A stretch of DNA of 64,000 bases. It comes from Candidatus Cloacimonadales bacterium (GTDB taxonomy: Bacteria > Cloacimonadota > Cloacimonadia > Cloacimonadales > JAIOQZ01). The stretch is from the NCBI GenBank assembly GCA_963665815.1, contig OY762463.1, positions 1,045,469-1,109,468 of the forward strand, given 5' to 3'. A program made the translations under genes and the position numbers. The notes beneath the pieces were generated by a model, which was given only the letters and a program-made list of their open reading frames with translations, made no database searches and was not told where the DNA came from. The first letter of the stretch is position 1. Each line of letters starts with the position of its first letter. Below, in pieces: positions 36,423 through 46,029 of the stretch.

Positions 36423-36908
36423 ATGTTTATGAAAAACACATTTACAATTGTCATTCTGCTGTTTCTATCAACTGGGTTGTTAAGTCTTTCTCCACAGGAA
36501 AAATATATTGAGCAACTGAAAAATTATAAGGAGTTAACATTTGTGAATGAAAAGGAAAATATCATTATACTGAGAAATACAGAGAAAGAAACATTTTTTT
36601 TGATATTCACTGCTGATTTTCACAAGGAAGCAGGATATAATGGTATCACTAATACAGCCTTGTTATTGAATGAAAGGTTAGAAATTATAGAAATGGAAAT
36701 TGTGTCGAGTGATGACACGCCATCCTATATAAGGAAGTTGAGACGAAACAGATTCCTGAAGCAGTTTATGGGAAATCCTGATTTCAATTATATTGAAGCT
36801 GTTACAGGTGCAACTATCTCCAGTAAAGCAGTGATAAACAGTATCAGGATTTCCTTAATTAAAGTCGAAGACAAACTACAGGAATTTAGTGTAGACACAA
36901 ACCCATAG
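36423..36908 (+). CDS. FMN-binding-domain protein (extracytoplasmic, predicted flavinylated)
   Basis: 161 aa with an N-terminal signal/anchor. The C-terminal FMN_bind signature ..IEAVTGATISSKAVINSI.. contains the [S/T]GA[S/T] flavinylation motif. Confidence 0.7.
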   Translation: MFMKNTFTIVILLFLSTGLLSLSPQEKYIEQLKNYKELTFVNEKENIIILRNTEKETFFLIFTADFHKEAGYNGITNTALLLNERLEIIEMEIVSSDDTPSYIRKLRRNRFLKQFMGNPDFNYIEAVTGATISSKAVINSIRISLIKVEDKLQEFSVDTNP

Positions 36909-36930
36909 AAATCCGTCCATCCAATGTAAG

Positions 36931-36958
36931 CACCCGTAGGATGCTACGGGTGTTTTTT
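36931..36958 (+). terminator. rho-independent terminator ending the feo-linked operon
   Basis: CACCCGTAG-gatg-CTACGGGTG followed by TTTTTT. Confidence 0.9.
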
Positions 36959-37057
36959 GTGGAACTGCAGCACTGCTCTTATCCAGAATATTACTTTACA
37001 AAATGACTTTCATAAAATCTTATGATCTTAAATTAATCTGGGAGTTAATATATTGCC

Positions 37058-37780
37058 ATGAAAACTTGTACAGGGATCAAACAGTTTACGAGCTTGAAGA
37101 AAATACTTATTCTTACACTATTCATTATAACCGGTTTATGCAGCCTGAACAGCTATAATTTTTCGGACAAACTTTCTTTTTATGCAGAGTTTGATTTTGC
37201 TGAGAAAACAAGGTTTGATGAGGTTAAAAACAAACTTGATGGTCAATCAGAAGCGATTGATGAAGAGATGAAAAATGATTCTCCTCAAATTGCGTATGGC
37301 ATGAACATTGTTTTGAATAATAAATACAATGCTGATGTCAGTTATCTACAATCAAACATGACCTATAAATACAAAAGTGGCAGATATGTAGATGAATACA
37401 AACTTGAAAACAGCATAATTCATCCAGTACTGTATCATGCGATTAAGAAAAACAGCACATATTCGTTCAATATTGGAATTGGTTTACTATGCAATAACAC
37501 CAGACTTATAATTGAAAGCAAAAGAGATGCTGTAATATTGAGTAAGGAAAAAAGCAAAAGAGAAAGAATATATACCCCAACACTTAATGCTAAAATGCAG
37601 AAAATGCTGCCAAATAATTTCCTGAACATAAATTTCTTTTTTGGAGCTTCCTGTTCAATCCTGCTTAATACTGAACAGATTCTGAATTTCTCTGATGAAA
37701 ATCCCCAGACATACGATTATGACTTTAAATTCAAGAATCCTTTTATTTCTGCAGGTCTTAATCTGGGCTTTTACTTATAG
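37058..37780 (+). CDS. hypothetical outer-membrane beta-barrel-like protein
   Basis: 240 aa with a signal-like N-terminus (ILILTLFIITGLCSLNS) and a C-terminal ..AGLNLGFYL. No family recognised. Confidence 0.55.
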   Translation: MKTCTGIKQFTSLKKILILTLFIITGLCSLNSYNFSDKLSFYAEFDFAEKTRFDEVKNKLDGQSEAIDEEMKNDSPQIAYGMNIVLNNKYNADVSYLQSNMTYKYKSGRYVDEYKLENSIIHPVLYHAIKKNSTYSFNIGIGLLCNNTRLIIESKRDAVILSKEKSKRERIYTPTLNAKMQKMLPNNFLNINFFFGASCSILLNTEQILNFSDENPQTYDYDFKFKNPFISAGLNLGFYL

Positions 37781-37787
37781 AAAAATC

Positions 37788-38459
37788 CTACTCCCCATAC
37801 TGAATATCTATAGTCATACTTTCAGTACTGGTGTAATTAACTTCTTCTGATATTACTTGGCCATGGAGTTCGGAAAAGGCATAAATATTGAATTTTCCAG
37901 TTAAATCACCATGCTCCATATCACTTCTCATTGGATTGTTCAGCATAATCTGAGAATCAGAGATTGAGAACTTCCCGTTTTCATCAGTTTTGTCATAGTA
38001 TGTGAATTGAGTGAAGTTGTCAAAACCAACGGTACAATATATAGCAGGCACTGCAATTGTTAATGTATCACTACTTTCAACAGATCTCATGTTAACCTTA
38101 TAGAAATCTGTCTTTACATACTTATCGCTTTCATTGGTTCCATCCCAGCTCACAGCGTGATACCCGGCCTCCTGATTTTCGCTTAAAAGCACCTTAACAG
38201 TATCAGAAATATTCTCTGTTGATATCCAGATTTTCGTATATCCAGCATCATGGAGGGAATAGTGGATGCTTGTAGTTGGTCTCTCTGGGGCATCAGTATT
38301 TTCATAAACGTAATCTATCCCGACATATGCATTTGTAACAGGTTGTCCGTCTGCATCAGTAATCTGACCTTTAACGTATTTAGTATCACTGCTTGTTGAA
38401 TTGCAACTGCAAAGCAATAAAGAACAAAGTATAATCAATATCATCTGTGAGTATCTCAT
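37788..38459 (-). CDS. lipoprotein, tandem paralog A (CarboxypepD_reg-like + FlgD-Ig-like)
   Basis: 223 aa with lipobox LLLCSC. VKGQITDADGQPVTNAYVGI (carboxypeptidase-regulatory-like). GYHAVSWDGTNESDKYV (FlgD-Ig-like). Confidence 0.8.
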   Translation of the reverse strand: MRYSQMILIILCSLLLCSCNSTSSDTKYVKGQITDADGQPVTNAYVGIDYVYENTDAPERPTTSIHYSLHDAGYTKIWISTENISDTVKVLLSENQEAGYHAVSWDGTNESDKYVKTDFYKVNMRSVESSDTLTIAVPAIYCTVGFDNFTQFTYYDKTDENGKFSISDSQIMLNNPMRSDMEHGDLTGKFNIYAFSELHGQVISEEVNYTSTESMTIDIQYGE

Positions 38460-38483
38460 TTATTCCCCTTAAAGTATAATCTT

Positions 38484-39161
38484 TTAATCCTCTTCCCCAT
38501 ACTGAATATCTATAGTCATACTTTCAGTACTGGTGTAATTAACTTCTTCTGATATTACTTGGCCATGGAGTTCGGAAAAGGCATAAATATTGAATTTTCC
38601 AGTTAAATTACCATGCTCCATATCATCTCGCATTGAACTGTTCAGCATAATCTGAGAGTCAGGGATTGAGAACTTCCCGTTTTCATCAGTTTTGTCATAA
38701 TATGTAAATTGAGTAAAATTTTCATTGTTTACATTGCAGTATATGGCTGGTACGGCAATAATAAGTGTATCACTTGTTTCATCTGATCTCATATTAAACT
38801 TATAGAATCCTGTTTTAACATAGTACCCGTCATCATTAGTTGCATCCCATGTTACATAATGATAACCGACATCCATGTTTTCATTAAGAAGCACTTTTAC
38901 AGTATCAGAAATATTTTCTTTTGATATCCAGATCAGTGTTTGTCCTGCTTCCTTTATAGAGAAAGATATATTTGTTGTGGGTCTTCCCAAGTCGTAATCA
39001 GTTTCATATCTATAGTCTATTCCCACATAAGCATTAGCAACAGGCTGTCCGTTTGCATCAGTAATCTGACCTTTAACGTATTTAGTATCACTGCTTGTTG
39101 AATTGCAACTGCAAAGCAATAAAGAACAAAGTATAATCAATATCATCTGTGAGTATCTCAT
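38484..39161 (-). CDS. lipoprotein, tandem paralog B
   Basis: 225 aa. The signal peptide is identical to A. The middle differs (..DYRYETDYDLGRPTTNISFSIKEAGQTLIWISK..NENMDVGYHYVTWDATNDDGYYV..). Confidence 0.8.
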   Translation of the reverse strand: MRYSQMILIILCSLLLCSCNSTSSDTKYVKGQITDANGQPVANAYVGIDYRYETDYDLGRPTTNISFSIKEAGQTLIWISKENISDTVKVLLNENMDVGYHYVTWDATNDDGYYVKTGFYKFNMRSDETSDTLIIAVPAIYCNVNNENFTQFTYYDKTDENGKFSIPDSQIMLNSSMRDDMEHGNLTGKFNIYAFSELHGQVISEEVNYTSTESMTIDIQYGEED

Positions 39162-39185
39162 TTATTCCCCTTAAAGTATAATCTT

Positions 39186-39863
39186 TTAATCCTCTTCCCC
39201 ATACTGAATATCTATAGTCATACTTTCAGTACTGGTGTAATTAACTTCTTCTGATATTACTTGGCCATGGAGTTCGGAAAAGGCATAAATATTGAATTTT
39301 CCAGTTAAATTACCATGCTCCATATCATCTCGCATTGAACTGTTCAGCATAATCTGAGAGTCAGGGATTGAGAACTTCCCGTTTTCATCAGTTTTGTCAT
39401 AATATGTAAATTGAGTAAAATTTTCATTGTTTACATTGCAGTATATGGCTGGTACGGCAATAACAAGTGTATCACTTGATTCATCTGATCTCATATTAAA
39501 CTTATAGAATCCTGTTTTAACATAGTACCCGTCATCATTAGTTGCATCCCATGTTACATAATGATAACCGACATCCATGTTTTCATTAAGAAGCACCTTA
39601 ACAGTATCAGAAATATTCTCTGTTGATATCCAGATTTTTGTATATCCAGCATCATGGAGGGAATAGTGGATGCTTGTAGTTGGTCTCTCTTGGGCATCAG
39701 TATTTTCATAAACGTAATCTATCCCGACATATGCATTTGTAACAGGTTGTCCGTCTGCATCAGTAATCTGACCTTTAACGTATTTAGTATCACTTTGAGT
39801 AAGAAAGCAGCTGCAGAGAGTGAAACATGCTAATATTGATAATAGTAAAAGCGAAAATCTCAT
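39186..39863 (-). CDS. lipoprotein, tandem paralog C (chimera of A-like and B-like segments)
   Basis: 225 aa with its own signal peptide (MRFSLLLLSILACFTLCSC). Residues 24-92 match A with 1 difference. Residues 93-225 match B with 2 differences. Confidence 0.8.
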   Translation of the reverse strand: MRFSLLLLSILACFTLCSCFLTQSDTKYVKGQITDADGQPVTNAYVGIDYVYENTDAQERPTTSIHYSLHDAGYTKIWISTENISDTVKVLLNENMDVGYHYVTWDATNDDGYYVKTGFYKFNMRSDESSDTLVIAVPAIYCNVNNENFTQFTYYDKTDENGKFSIPDSQIMLNSSMRDDMEHGNLTGKFNIYAFSELHGQVISEEVNYTSTESMTIDIQYGEED

Positions 39864-39922
39864 TTTTCCTCCGAGTAATAATATAGAATCGAATCTGTTG
39901 TATTTTGCAAATGTGTGTCAAT

Positions 39923-39952
39923 AAAAAAAAGGCTGATGAAAATTCATCAGCC
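39923..39952 (-). terminator. rho-independent terminator after the tRNA
   Basis: Minus strand reads GGCTGATGAA-tt-TTCATCAGCC followed by a run of 8 T. Confidence 0.85.
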
Positions 39953-39960
39953 ATTTATAA

Positions 39961-40036
39961 TGGTGGGCCCAAGAGGAGTCGAACCTCTGACCGTCCGGTT
40001 ATGAGCCGGAAGCTCTACCAACTGAGCTATAGGCCC
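39961..40036 (-). tRNA. tRNA with CAT anticodon (elongator Met, or Ile2 if C34 is lysidinylated); CCA encoded
   Basis: GGGCCTATAGCTCAGTTGGTAGAGCTTCCGGCTCATAACCGGACGGTCAGAGGTTCGACTCCTCTTGGGCCCACCA folds as a cloverleaf. Acceptor GGGCCTA/TGGGCCC. D arm GCTC..GAGC. Anticodon stem TCCGG/CCGGA with loop CTCATAA. T arm AGAGG-TTCGACT-CCTCT. The G1-C72 pair excludes an initiator tRNA. Confidence 0.95.
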
Positions 40037-40114
40037 TGTTATGATTAACAGTAACGGATGTTATAAACTGAAAATCAGACTTTCTTGTCAAGCCGAAATT
40101 TCCAATTTTAACAA

Positions 40115-41863
40115 TTATTTAACATTGAAGTTTTCGTATAACTCCATCAGTTTAGTACTACGGGTTGGATGTCGAAGTTTTTTCAATGCTTTATCTTCTA
40201 TCTGTCTGATTCTCTCACGAGTCACATTAAAGATGTTTCCAACTTCCTCAAGAGTTCTGTGATAACCATCATCAATACCAAATCTTAGACGAATAACACG
40301 TTCCTCCCTTACAGTAAGTGAATTCAGAACATCATTAACCTGTTTCTTCAGCAGAGTACGTTCTGCCATTCTCTCTGGTGAAATTGTACTTTTATCTTCA
40401 ATGAAATCCCCAAGTAAACTGTCTTCACTGTCATTACCAATAGGTTTATCAAGTGAAACAGGTTCTTTAGATATAGATAGAATACTTTTGATCTTTTCAA
40501 CTGGCAGATCAAGTGCATCTGCGAGTTCTTCAGGATAAGGGTCTCTTCCCAGTTTCTGAGTAAGCCGTCTGCTCATCCTGTTAACTTTATTAATAGATTC
40601 TATCATGTGAACAGGAACACGAATTGTACGTGCCTGATCAGCAATAGCTCTTGTAATAGCCTGACGAATCCACCAGGTTGCATAAGTACTGAATTTGTAT
40701 CCTTTTTTGTAATCGTATTTATCAACAGCTTTCATCAAACCGGTATTCCCTTCCTGAATAAGATCAAGAAAATCCAGTCCCCTGTTGTTGTAACGTTTAG
40801 CAATACTGATTACAAGTCGTACGTTTGCTTCGATCATTTCGTTCTTGGCAGTTTCTTTCATTTTTTCGCCGCGTTCGATTTCCTTCATCAGGAAAATCAT
40901 TTCTTCTCCGGTCATACGGGTCTCAATTTCAACTCGACGAATTTTTCTGCGTGCATTTTTAATTTTTCTGAGAGTTTCAACAAAAATTGTAGGATCCATT
41001 CCTGTTTCTTTTTCAACTTCAGCAAAATCTTCTTCTGATTTCTTTGCTTTCCTGCCAAGAGAACAGATTTCTTCCAGATTAAACTTCTTTATTCTGGACA
41101 ATCCGCTAATTGTTTTATTACTTTCTTTGATACGATCAACAAGACTTTTTATTCTATATACAAGTCTCTTTATGAACTTATCATGAAAAGGAACATCTGA
41201 GAAAATTTCAATAAGCTTCTTTCTCTTTTCCTCGATAACCTCCATAATATTCTGATCAATGAAATTACCATAATCATCATATTCGGAATTATCTATAATA
41301 TCTCCTACTTCATCATAAATCGGCTCAGATAGTTTAATTGCAATCTGAAACTTCTCAATCAATTTTGAATCTTGTGATTTGTCGATGTAACTGCCAAATT
41401 CGATCCTGAATAGTTGATCCAGCCGGATTCTTTTTTCCTTGAACCTGTGAAGAAAATTGTGCATTTCCCGAAGCGAACTACCAGACATAAACACATAACG
41501 GTTTATCCATTTCTGTCCGGACTCAATCTTCTTGGCAATCCTGATTTCTCCATCCCTGTCAAGCAGTGGGACACGTCCCATTTCCTTGAGATACATACGT
41601 ACGGGATCATCGTAATAACGTCTGTTTTTGAATTTCTTAGCCTGAGGATTTTTCTTGACAGAAACTGATTTCTTCGTGACTTTTTTTTGTGTTTCATCAA
41701 TGATTTCAATACCGGTTTCGGTTAGGTCAGATATCAGATCATCAATTTTGTCCAGAAATAGTGGGCTATTCGGAAGAATCTCGTTTATCTGCTTGAATGT
41801 CAGATATTCATTCTTCTTCCCTAATTCGATTAAGTTTTCCAAGCATTCTTTGTAACTTAACAT
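40115..41863 (-). CDS. rpoD: RNA polymerase primary sigma factor RpoD
   Basis: 582 aa. Region 2 [32 protein letters not shown]. Region 4 [28 protein letters not shown]. Confidence 0.95.
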   Translation of the reverse strand: MLSYKECLENLIELGKKNEYLTFKQINEILPNSPLFLDKIDDLISDLTETGIEIIDETQKKVTKKSVSVKKNPQAKKFKNRRYYDDPVRMYLKEMGRVPLLDRDGEIRIAKKIESGQKWINRYVFMSGSSLREMHNFLHRFKEKRIRLDQLFRIEFGSYIDKSQDSKLIEKFQIAIKLSEPIYDEVGDIIDNSEYDDYGNFIDQNIMEVIEEKRKKLIEIFSDVPFHDKFIKRLVYRIKSLVDRIKESNKTISGLSRIKKFNLEEICSLGRKAKKSEEDFAEVEKETGMDPTIFVETLRKIKNARRKIRRVEIETRMTGEEMIFLMKEIERGEKMKETAKNEMIEANVRLVISIAKRYNNRGLDFLDLIQEGNTGLMKAVDKYDYKKGYKFSTYATWWIRQAITRAIADQARTIRVPVHMIESINKVNRMSRRLTQKLGRDPYPEELADALDLPVEKIKSILSISKEPVSLDKPIGNDSEDSLLGDFIEDKSTISPERMAERTLLKKQVNDVLNSLTVREERVIRLRFGIDDGYHRTLEEVGNIFNVTRERIRQIEDKALKKLRHPTRSTKLMELYENFNVK

Positions 41864-41905
41864 TAACTCTCCTCAGAGTATACTTTACCTAAATTTATAA
41901 CCTTT

Positions 41906-43645
41906 TTAATTAGAACGAATAGTAATCGTTTTCATTACACTTTTCGAGCTAATCAACCTTAATAAAGCCTGTATCTCCTTCTTGGCTTTAATAAGTTCCT
42001 GAAATTTATCTTCACTTTTGCAATTAGATATCTCTTTGTTGAGCAGTTGTAGATCCCTGCGGTGCTTACGTACAGTCATCTGCTGCAGTAAATCTTCAAT
42101 AGAATCGTTTCTTGGTTCCTCAAGAATTATTTTTCCAACCATGTTTCTCGTGTTCTCATTCTCAATAACGCTCAACAGCATGGAAGAATCATCAATTATG
42201 TCTTCATGCTCAATTAATATTCCGTAAATCTCTCTGCTGACTTCACTCATAAAATAACTTTCATCAATCTCAGAACAAATAAAATTGAGACTTTTTGGAT
42301 TATAAGCTATAAATCTCAAAATATCCATTTCGACATTATCTCTGTCAACATAAGAATTATTTTTTTTTACTTTTGCCCTTCTGTTCAATTTAGAAAGAAG
42401 TCCTGTCTCTGATACTCCAAAAACTTCTCCAACTTCATGAACAATTTTCTTTATGTATAATTCTTTCTCTGTCTGATCATGAATCCCCTGTATTACTTCC
42501 ATAATGTATTTAACTTTATCACTTTCTGTATAACCCAGAGTCTCATCTCTTGCCAGAAATTCATGAAGACTGCTTGCTGTCTCAAGAAGTTTATCAAAAT
42601 CCTCCTTAGAATTTTCTACAAGAAATGTATCGGGATCACTTCCTGACGGAAGTTCAACAATTCTGGCATTACCGCCAGTAAGTAATATTTCATGCGCAGC
42701 CTTTAATGCAGCCTTTCTTCCCGCTTTATCACCATCAAAAACCAGATCGAAATTCTTTGTATATCTACTTGCAAGATTTATCTGCTCTCTGGTTAAAGCA
42801 GTTCCAAGCACTGCTGCAACATTCACATAACCATTCTCATACAGTCTTAGTAGATCCGTATAACCTTCTACAAGCAGAATACAATCCTTTTTTGAAGCAT
42901 CATATCTTGTCTGATACAGGCCATACAATTCATTCCCTTTTTGATAAATTGATGTTGTCGGAGAATTGATATACTTTCCACCTGAAAATTCTTTGGATAT
43001 TACTCTTCCTCCAAAAGCAACAGTATGCCCCCTTATTGAGATAATAGGAAACATAACTCTGTCTCTGAACTGATCGAAAAGATCATTACGACTACCTTTG
43101 GAAAATAATCCGCTTTCGGCAAGAATTTTAGAATTAATGTGATTCTTCTCAAGATAGTTCAGTAAACCTCTGTAGCTGTTGAGCGAATAACCAATCTGAA
43201 ATTTTTCTATAGTTTCCTTTGTTATTCCTCTATTAAGAAGATATTTCTCTGCCTGTTCCCCATGTTTTTTCAAGTTATCTCTGAAAAAATCTTTTGCCAA
43301 ATTGTATATTGTATAAAGCAATTCATGTTTAGATTGCTTATGATTACTCTTTTTTTCTTTTTTAATTGTTACACCAGCAATAGCTGCAACTTTGTTCAAA
43401 GCTTCGTAGAAATTAATTTTTTCGTATTTTTCAACAAAAGTGAATACATTTCCTGCGACTCCGCAACCAAAACACTTAAAAATCTGCTTCTGCTCGCTTA
43501 CGACAAAAGAAGCAGTCTTTTCTTCATGAAAAGGACATGGAGACTTATAGTTAGATCCCGTTTTTTTCAATGGAATATAACTACCTATAACATCTACAAT
43601 GTTAACACTTTGTCTTACAAGATCTATTGTACTTTTATCTGCCAT
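41906..43645 (-). CDS. dnaG: DNA primase DnaG
   Basis: Zn-ribbon CPFHEEKTASFVVSEQKQIFKCFGCG. TOPRIM region (LVEGYTDL..DGDKAGRKA). Confidence 0.95.
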   Translation of the reverse strand: MADKSTIDLVRQSVNIVDVIGSYIPLKKTGSNYKSPCPFHEEKTASFVVSEQKQIFKCFGCGVAGNVFTFVEKYEKINFYEALNKVAAIAGVTIKKEKKSNHKQSKHELLYTIYNLAKDFFRDNLKKHGEQAEKYLLNRGITKETIEKFQIGYSLNSYRGLLNYLEKNHINSKILAESGLFSKGSRNDLFDQFRDRVMFPIISIRGHTVAFGGRVISKEFSGGKYINSPTTSIYQKGNELYGLYQTRYDASKKDCILLVEGYTDLLRLYENGYVNVAAVLGTALTREQINLASRYTKNFDLVFDGDKAGRKAALKAAHEILLTGGNARIVELPSGSDPDTFLVENSKEDFDKLLETASSLHEFLARDETLGYTESDKVKYIMEVIQGIHDQTEKELYIKKIVHEVGEVFGVSETGLLSKLNRRAKVKKNNSYVDRDNVEMDILRFIAYNPKSLNFICSEIDESYFMSEVSREIYGILIEHEDIIDDSSMLLSVIENENTRNMVGKIILEEPRNDSIEDLLQQMTVRKHRRDLQLLNKEISNCKSEDKFQELIKAKKEIQALLRLISSKSVMKTITIRSN

Positions 43646-43647
43646 TA

Positions 43648-46020
43648 TTACTCAATATCGAAACATACTACCGTTACGCCATCACCACCGGCTTCAGGTG
43701 GAGGTGAAAAAAAATCATCAACAATTTTTGTTCTTCTCAGTTGTTGTCTGATTTTTGATCTCAATACTCCCGTACCTTTACCATGCACAATACGCACCTT
43801 GGATAATCCATGAAACTTCGCATCTTCTATGAATTCTTCAATTTCAGGCATAGCTTCACTGAATGTTTTACCAAGAACCTTTATCTCCATTAAGGACTTT
43901 CTTTTAGCCGGGGATTTCCCATAGGTTACATTTACTTTTGTAGACGTTGATCTTTTACCTTCTGTAACACACTCGAGAAGACTGCTTTTATCTGTAGTAA
44001 AAAGAAATCCATTTACAGAAACGACTATTTTATCTTTTTCTATAGAAGCAATTTCACCCTGAGAATCAAAGTTTTCTACCCAGACTCTTTTGCCAATTTC
44101 AGGTTTTTCAAGAGGAGCCCAGCCTTCCTTATTGTTATCAGAGTTTAGTTTCTTATCAAATTGGCTACCTATGGATGATGCTTTATCGAGAGACTTCTGC
44201 ATCATTTCGCGTTTTTTTCTATTATCTAATTTCTCCTGATTTCTTATACTGTCAATCTCATTATTCAGCTCTGATTGAATATTGGAAATCATGTCTCTTC
44301 CCTTTTTCAGAGCTTCTTTTTCTATTCTCTTCTTGTTCTTCTCTATACTATTCAGCTTGCTCTCATATTCATTTATCTTCTGTTCCAGCAATCTACGTTT
44401 AAGAGTATGCTCGTATGTTTCTCTTGCAAGGTTTTTCTTTTCCTGATTCATCTTTGTTATCAAAGTCGATAAATCAACTGTCTGCTTACCTGTTATCTCT
44501 TGAGCTCTCCCAATTAATGCGCTGTCAAATCCATATGAAGAAGCAATCTCAATAGCAAAACTGTTTCCCGGAAGTCCGAATTTAAAGCAGTATGTAGGAG
44601 ACAGACTTTCAGGATCAAACTGCATGGAAGCATTTGAACATTTCTCTTCTTCCTCGGCAAACAATTTCAATGTAGTATAATGTGTTGTAATGACACCTGT
44701 CATTCCCATACTGAGAAAGCGTTCAAGGACTGCCTGTGCCAGTGCTCCACCCTGTTCCGGATCAGTTGCAGCCCCAATTTCATCTATCAGTATCAGAGAC
44801 TTATCTGTACCGAATTCAATCATCTCTGCAATTCTCCTGATATGTGATGAGAATGTACTTAGCGATGCCTCAATAGACTGATCATCTCCAATATCCGCAA
44901 AAACGGAATCAAATGCACCAACAATACTGGAATCATCTGCCGGAATAGGTATTCCGGAATGAGTCATTATTACAAGAAGACCGATTGATTTCAGCGTTAC
45001 TGTCTTTCCGCCAGTATTTGGTCCGGAAATCAGCAATATTTTCATTGATTCATTCAGTTCGATATCAAATGGTATTACTTTTTTAATGTTTCCAAGACTG
45101 TTAATCAATAATGGATGACGAGCTCCTTTAAGCTTTATAATCGATTTCTCTGACAGTTCAGGAACAACTGCATTCATACTATTTGCATATCTTCCCAGAG
45201 CAAACTTCAGATCCAGGTCTCTCAGAAGATTACAGTTCTTTACAATAATTGATTTCTTTAATATCACATCATAGGAAAAGTTCTTCAATATCCTGAATAC
45301 TTCCTGCTTTTCATCACTGTTCAAACGGATAAGTTTATTGTTATCTGCTACAATATCGAGAGGCTCAATAAAAATAGTTGATCTACTTGAAGATGATCCA
45401 TGCTCTACCCCTTTAAATCCCCCGGCAGCAACATCTTTAACAGGTAGAACATATCTGTTGTCTCTTAATGTGAAAACAGAATCAGAAAGACTGTTTGAAT
45501 CTGATTTAATTTTCATATCAAGAGTTTTCACAATGTTCCTTCTTGTTGATCTTTTCTGCTTTCTGATCCTTCTCAACTCTTCAGATGCTGAATCAAGAAC
45601 ATCTCCTTCATGATCAAAAACCTGTTTGAATCTCTTTATAAGATCATTGCATGATTCGAATCCGGAAATAAGCTCTCTAAGATATTCAACGTTATCCTCA
45701 AGTTCAATTGCCAGCATGGACTCGACAATAATCATGTTATCAATAATTTGCTTCAGTTCAAGATAAGAAAATACAACTTCATCATGGTTCTTGAAGAGAG
45801 GTGTTAAATCGGATAACTTCCTGAAATCAAGATTATAACCTATCCTGAGTAGATATTGTATTTCTTTGATAAAACCCAGAAAATTAACTAATTTCTGTCT
45901 GTCACACATTGGTGACATTTTTAATGCCTGCTCAGCTCCAATATCAGAATGGCATTCAAGGGAAATCAACTCTTTTACTTTTTCGAATTCAAGCTGTCTA
46001 TTTGAATATTTAATGTTCAT
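43648..46020 (-). CDS. mutS2: endonuclease MutS2 (MutS domain V + Smr)
   Basis: Walker A GPNTGGKTVTLKSIG. DEIGAATDP. Central coiled coil. C-terminal Smr domain (VRIVHGKGTGVLRSKI). Confidence 0.95.
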   Translation of the reverse strand: MNIKYSNRQLEFEKVKELISLECHSDIGAEQALKMSPMCDRQKLVNFLGFIKEIQYLLRIGYNLDFRKLSDLTPLFKNHDEVVFSYLELKQIIDNMIIVESMLAIELEDNVEYLRELISGFESCNDLIKRFKQVFDHEGDVLDSASEELRRIRKQKRSTRRNIVKTLDMKIKSDSNSLSDSVFTLRDNRYVLPVKDVAAGGFKGVEHGSSSSRSTIFIEPLDIVADNNKLIRLNSDEKQEVFRILKNFSYDVILKKSIIVKNCNLLRDLDLKFALGRYANSMNAVVPELSEKSIIKLKGARHPLLINSLGNIKKVIPFDIELNESMKILLISGPNTGGKTVTLKSIGLLVIMTHSGIPIPADDSSIVGAFDSVFADIGDDQSIEASLSTFSSHIRRIAEMIEFGTDKSLILIDEIGAATDPEQGGALAQAVLERFLSMGMTGVITTHYTTLKLFAEEEEKCSNASMQFDPESLSPTYCFKFGLPGNSFAIEIASSYGFDSALIGRAQEITGKQTVDLSTLITKMNQEKKNLARETYEHTLKRRLLEQKINEYESKLNSIEKNKKRIEKEALKKGRDMISNIQSELNNEIDSIRNQEKLDNRKKREMMQKSLDKASSIGSQFDKKLNSDNNKEGWAPLEKPEIGKRVWVENFDSQGEIASIEKDKIVVSVNGFLFTTDKSSLLECVTEGKRSTSTKVNVTYGKSPAKRKSLMEIKVLGKTFSEAMPEIEEFIEDAKFHGLSKVRIVHGKGTGVLRSKIRQQLRRTKIVDDFFSPPPEAGGDGVTVVCFDIE

Positions 46021-46029
46021 AATTATATA

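Larger units (their letters stand above)
37788..39863 (-). repeat. three-gene tandem array (about 700-bp period) with near-identical inter-gene spacers
   Basis: Stop codons lie at 37788, 38484 and 39186, giving periods of 696 and 702 nt. The 24-nt spacers (..TTATTCCCCTTAAAGTATAATCTTT) are identical. Long stretches are identical between copies. Confidence 0.95.

Noticed and set aside
37788-39863. Diversity-generating retroelement or invertible-promoter phase variation as the source of the lipoprotein mosaic.
   Set aside because: There is no reverse transcriptase, no template-repeat/variable-repeat pair with A-specific changes, no recombinase gene and no flanking inverted repeats. Block-wise identity fits homologous recombination between tandem copies.
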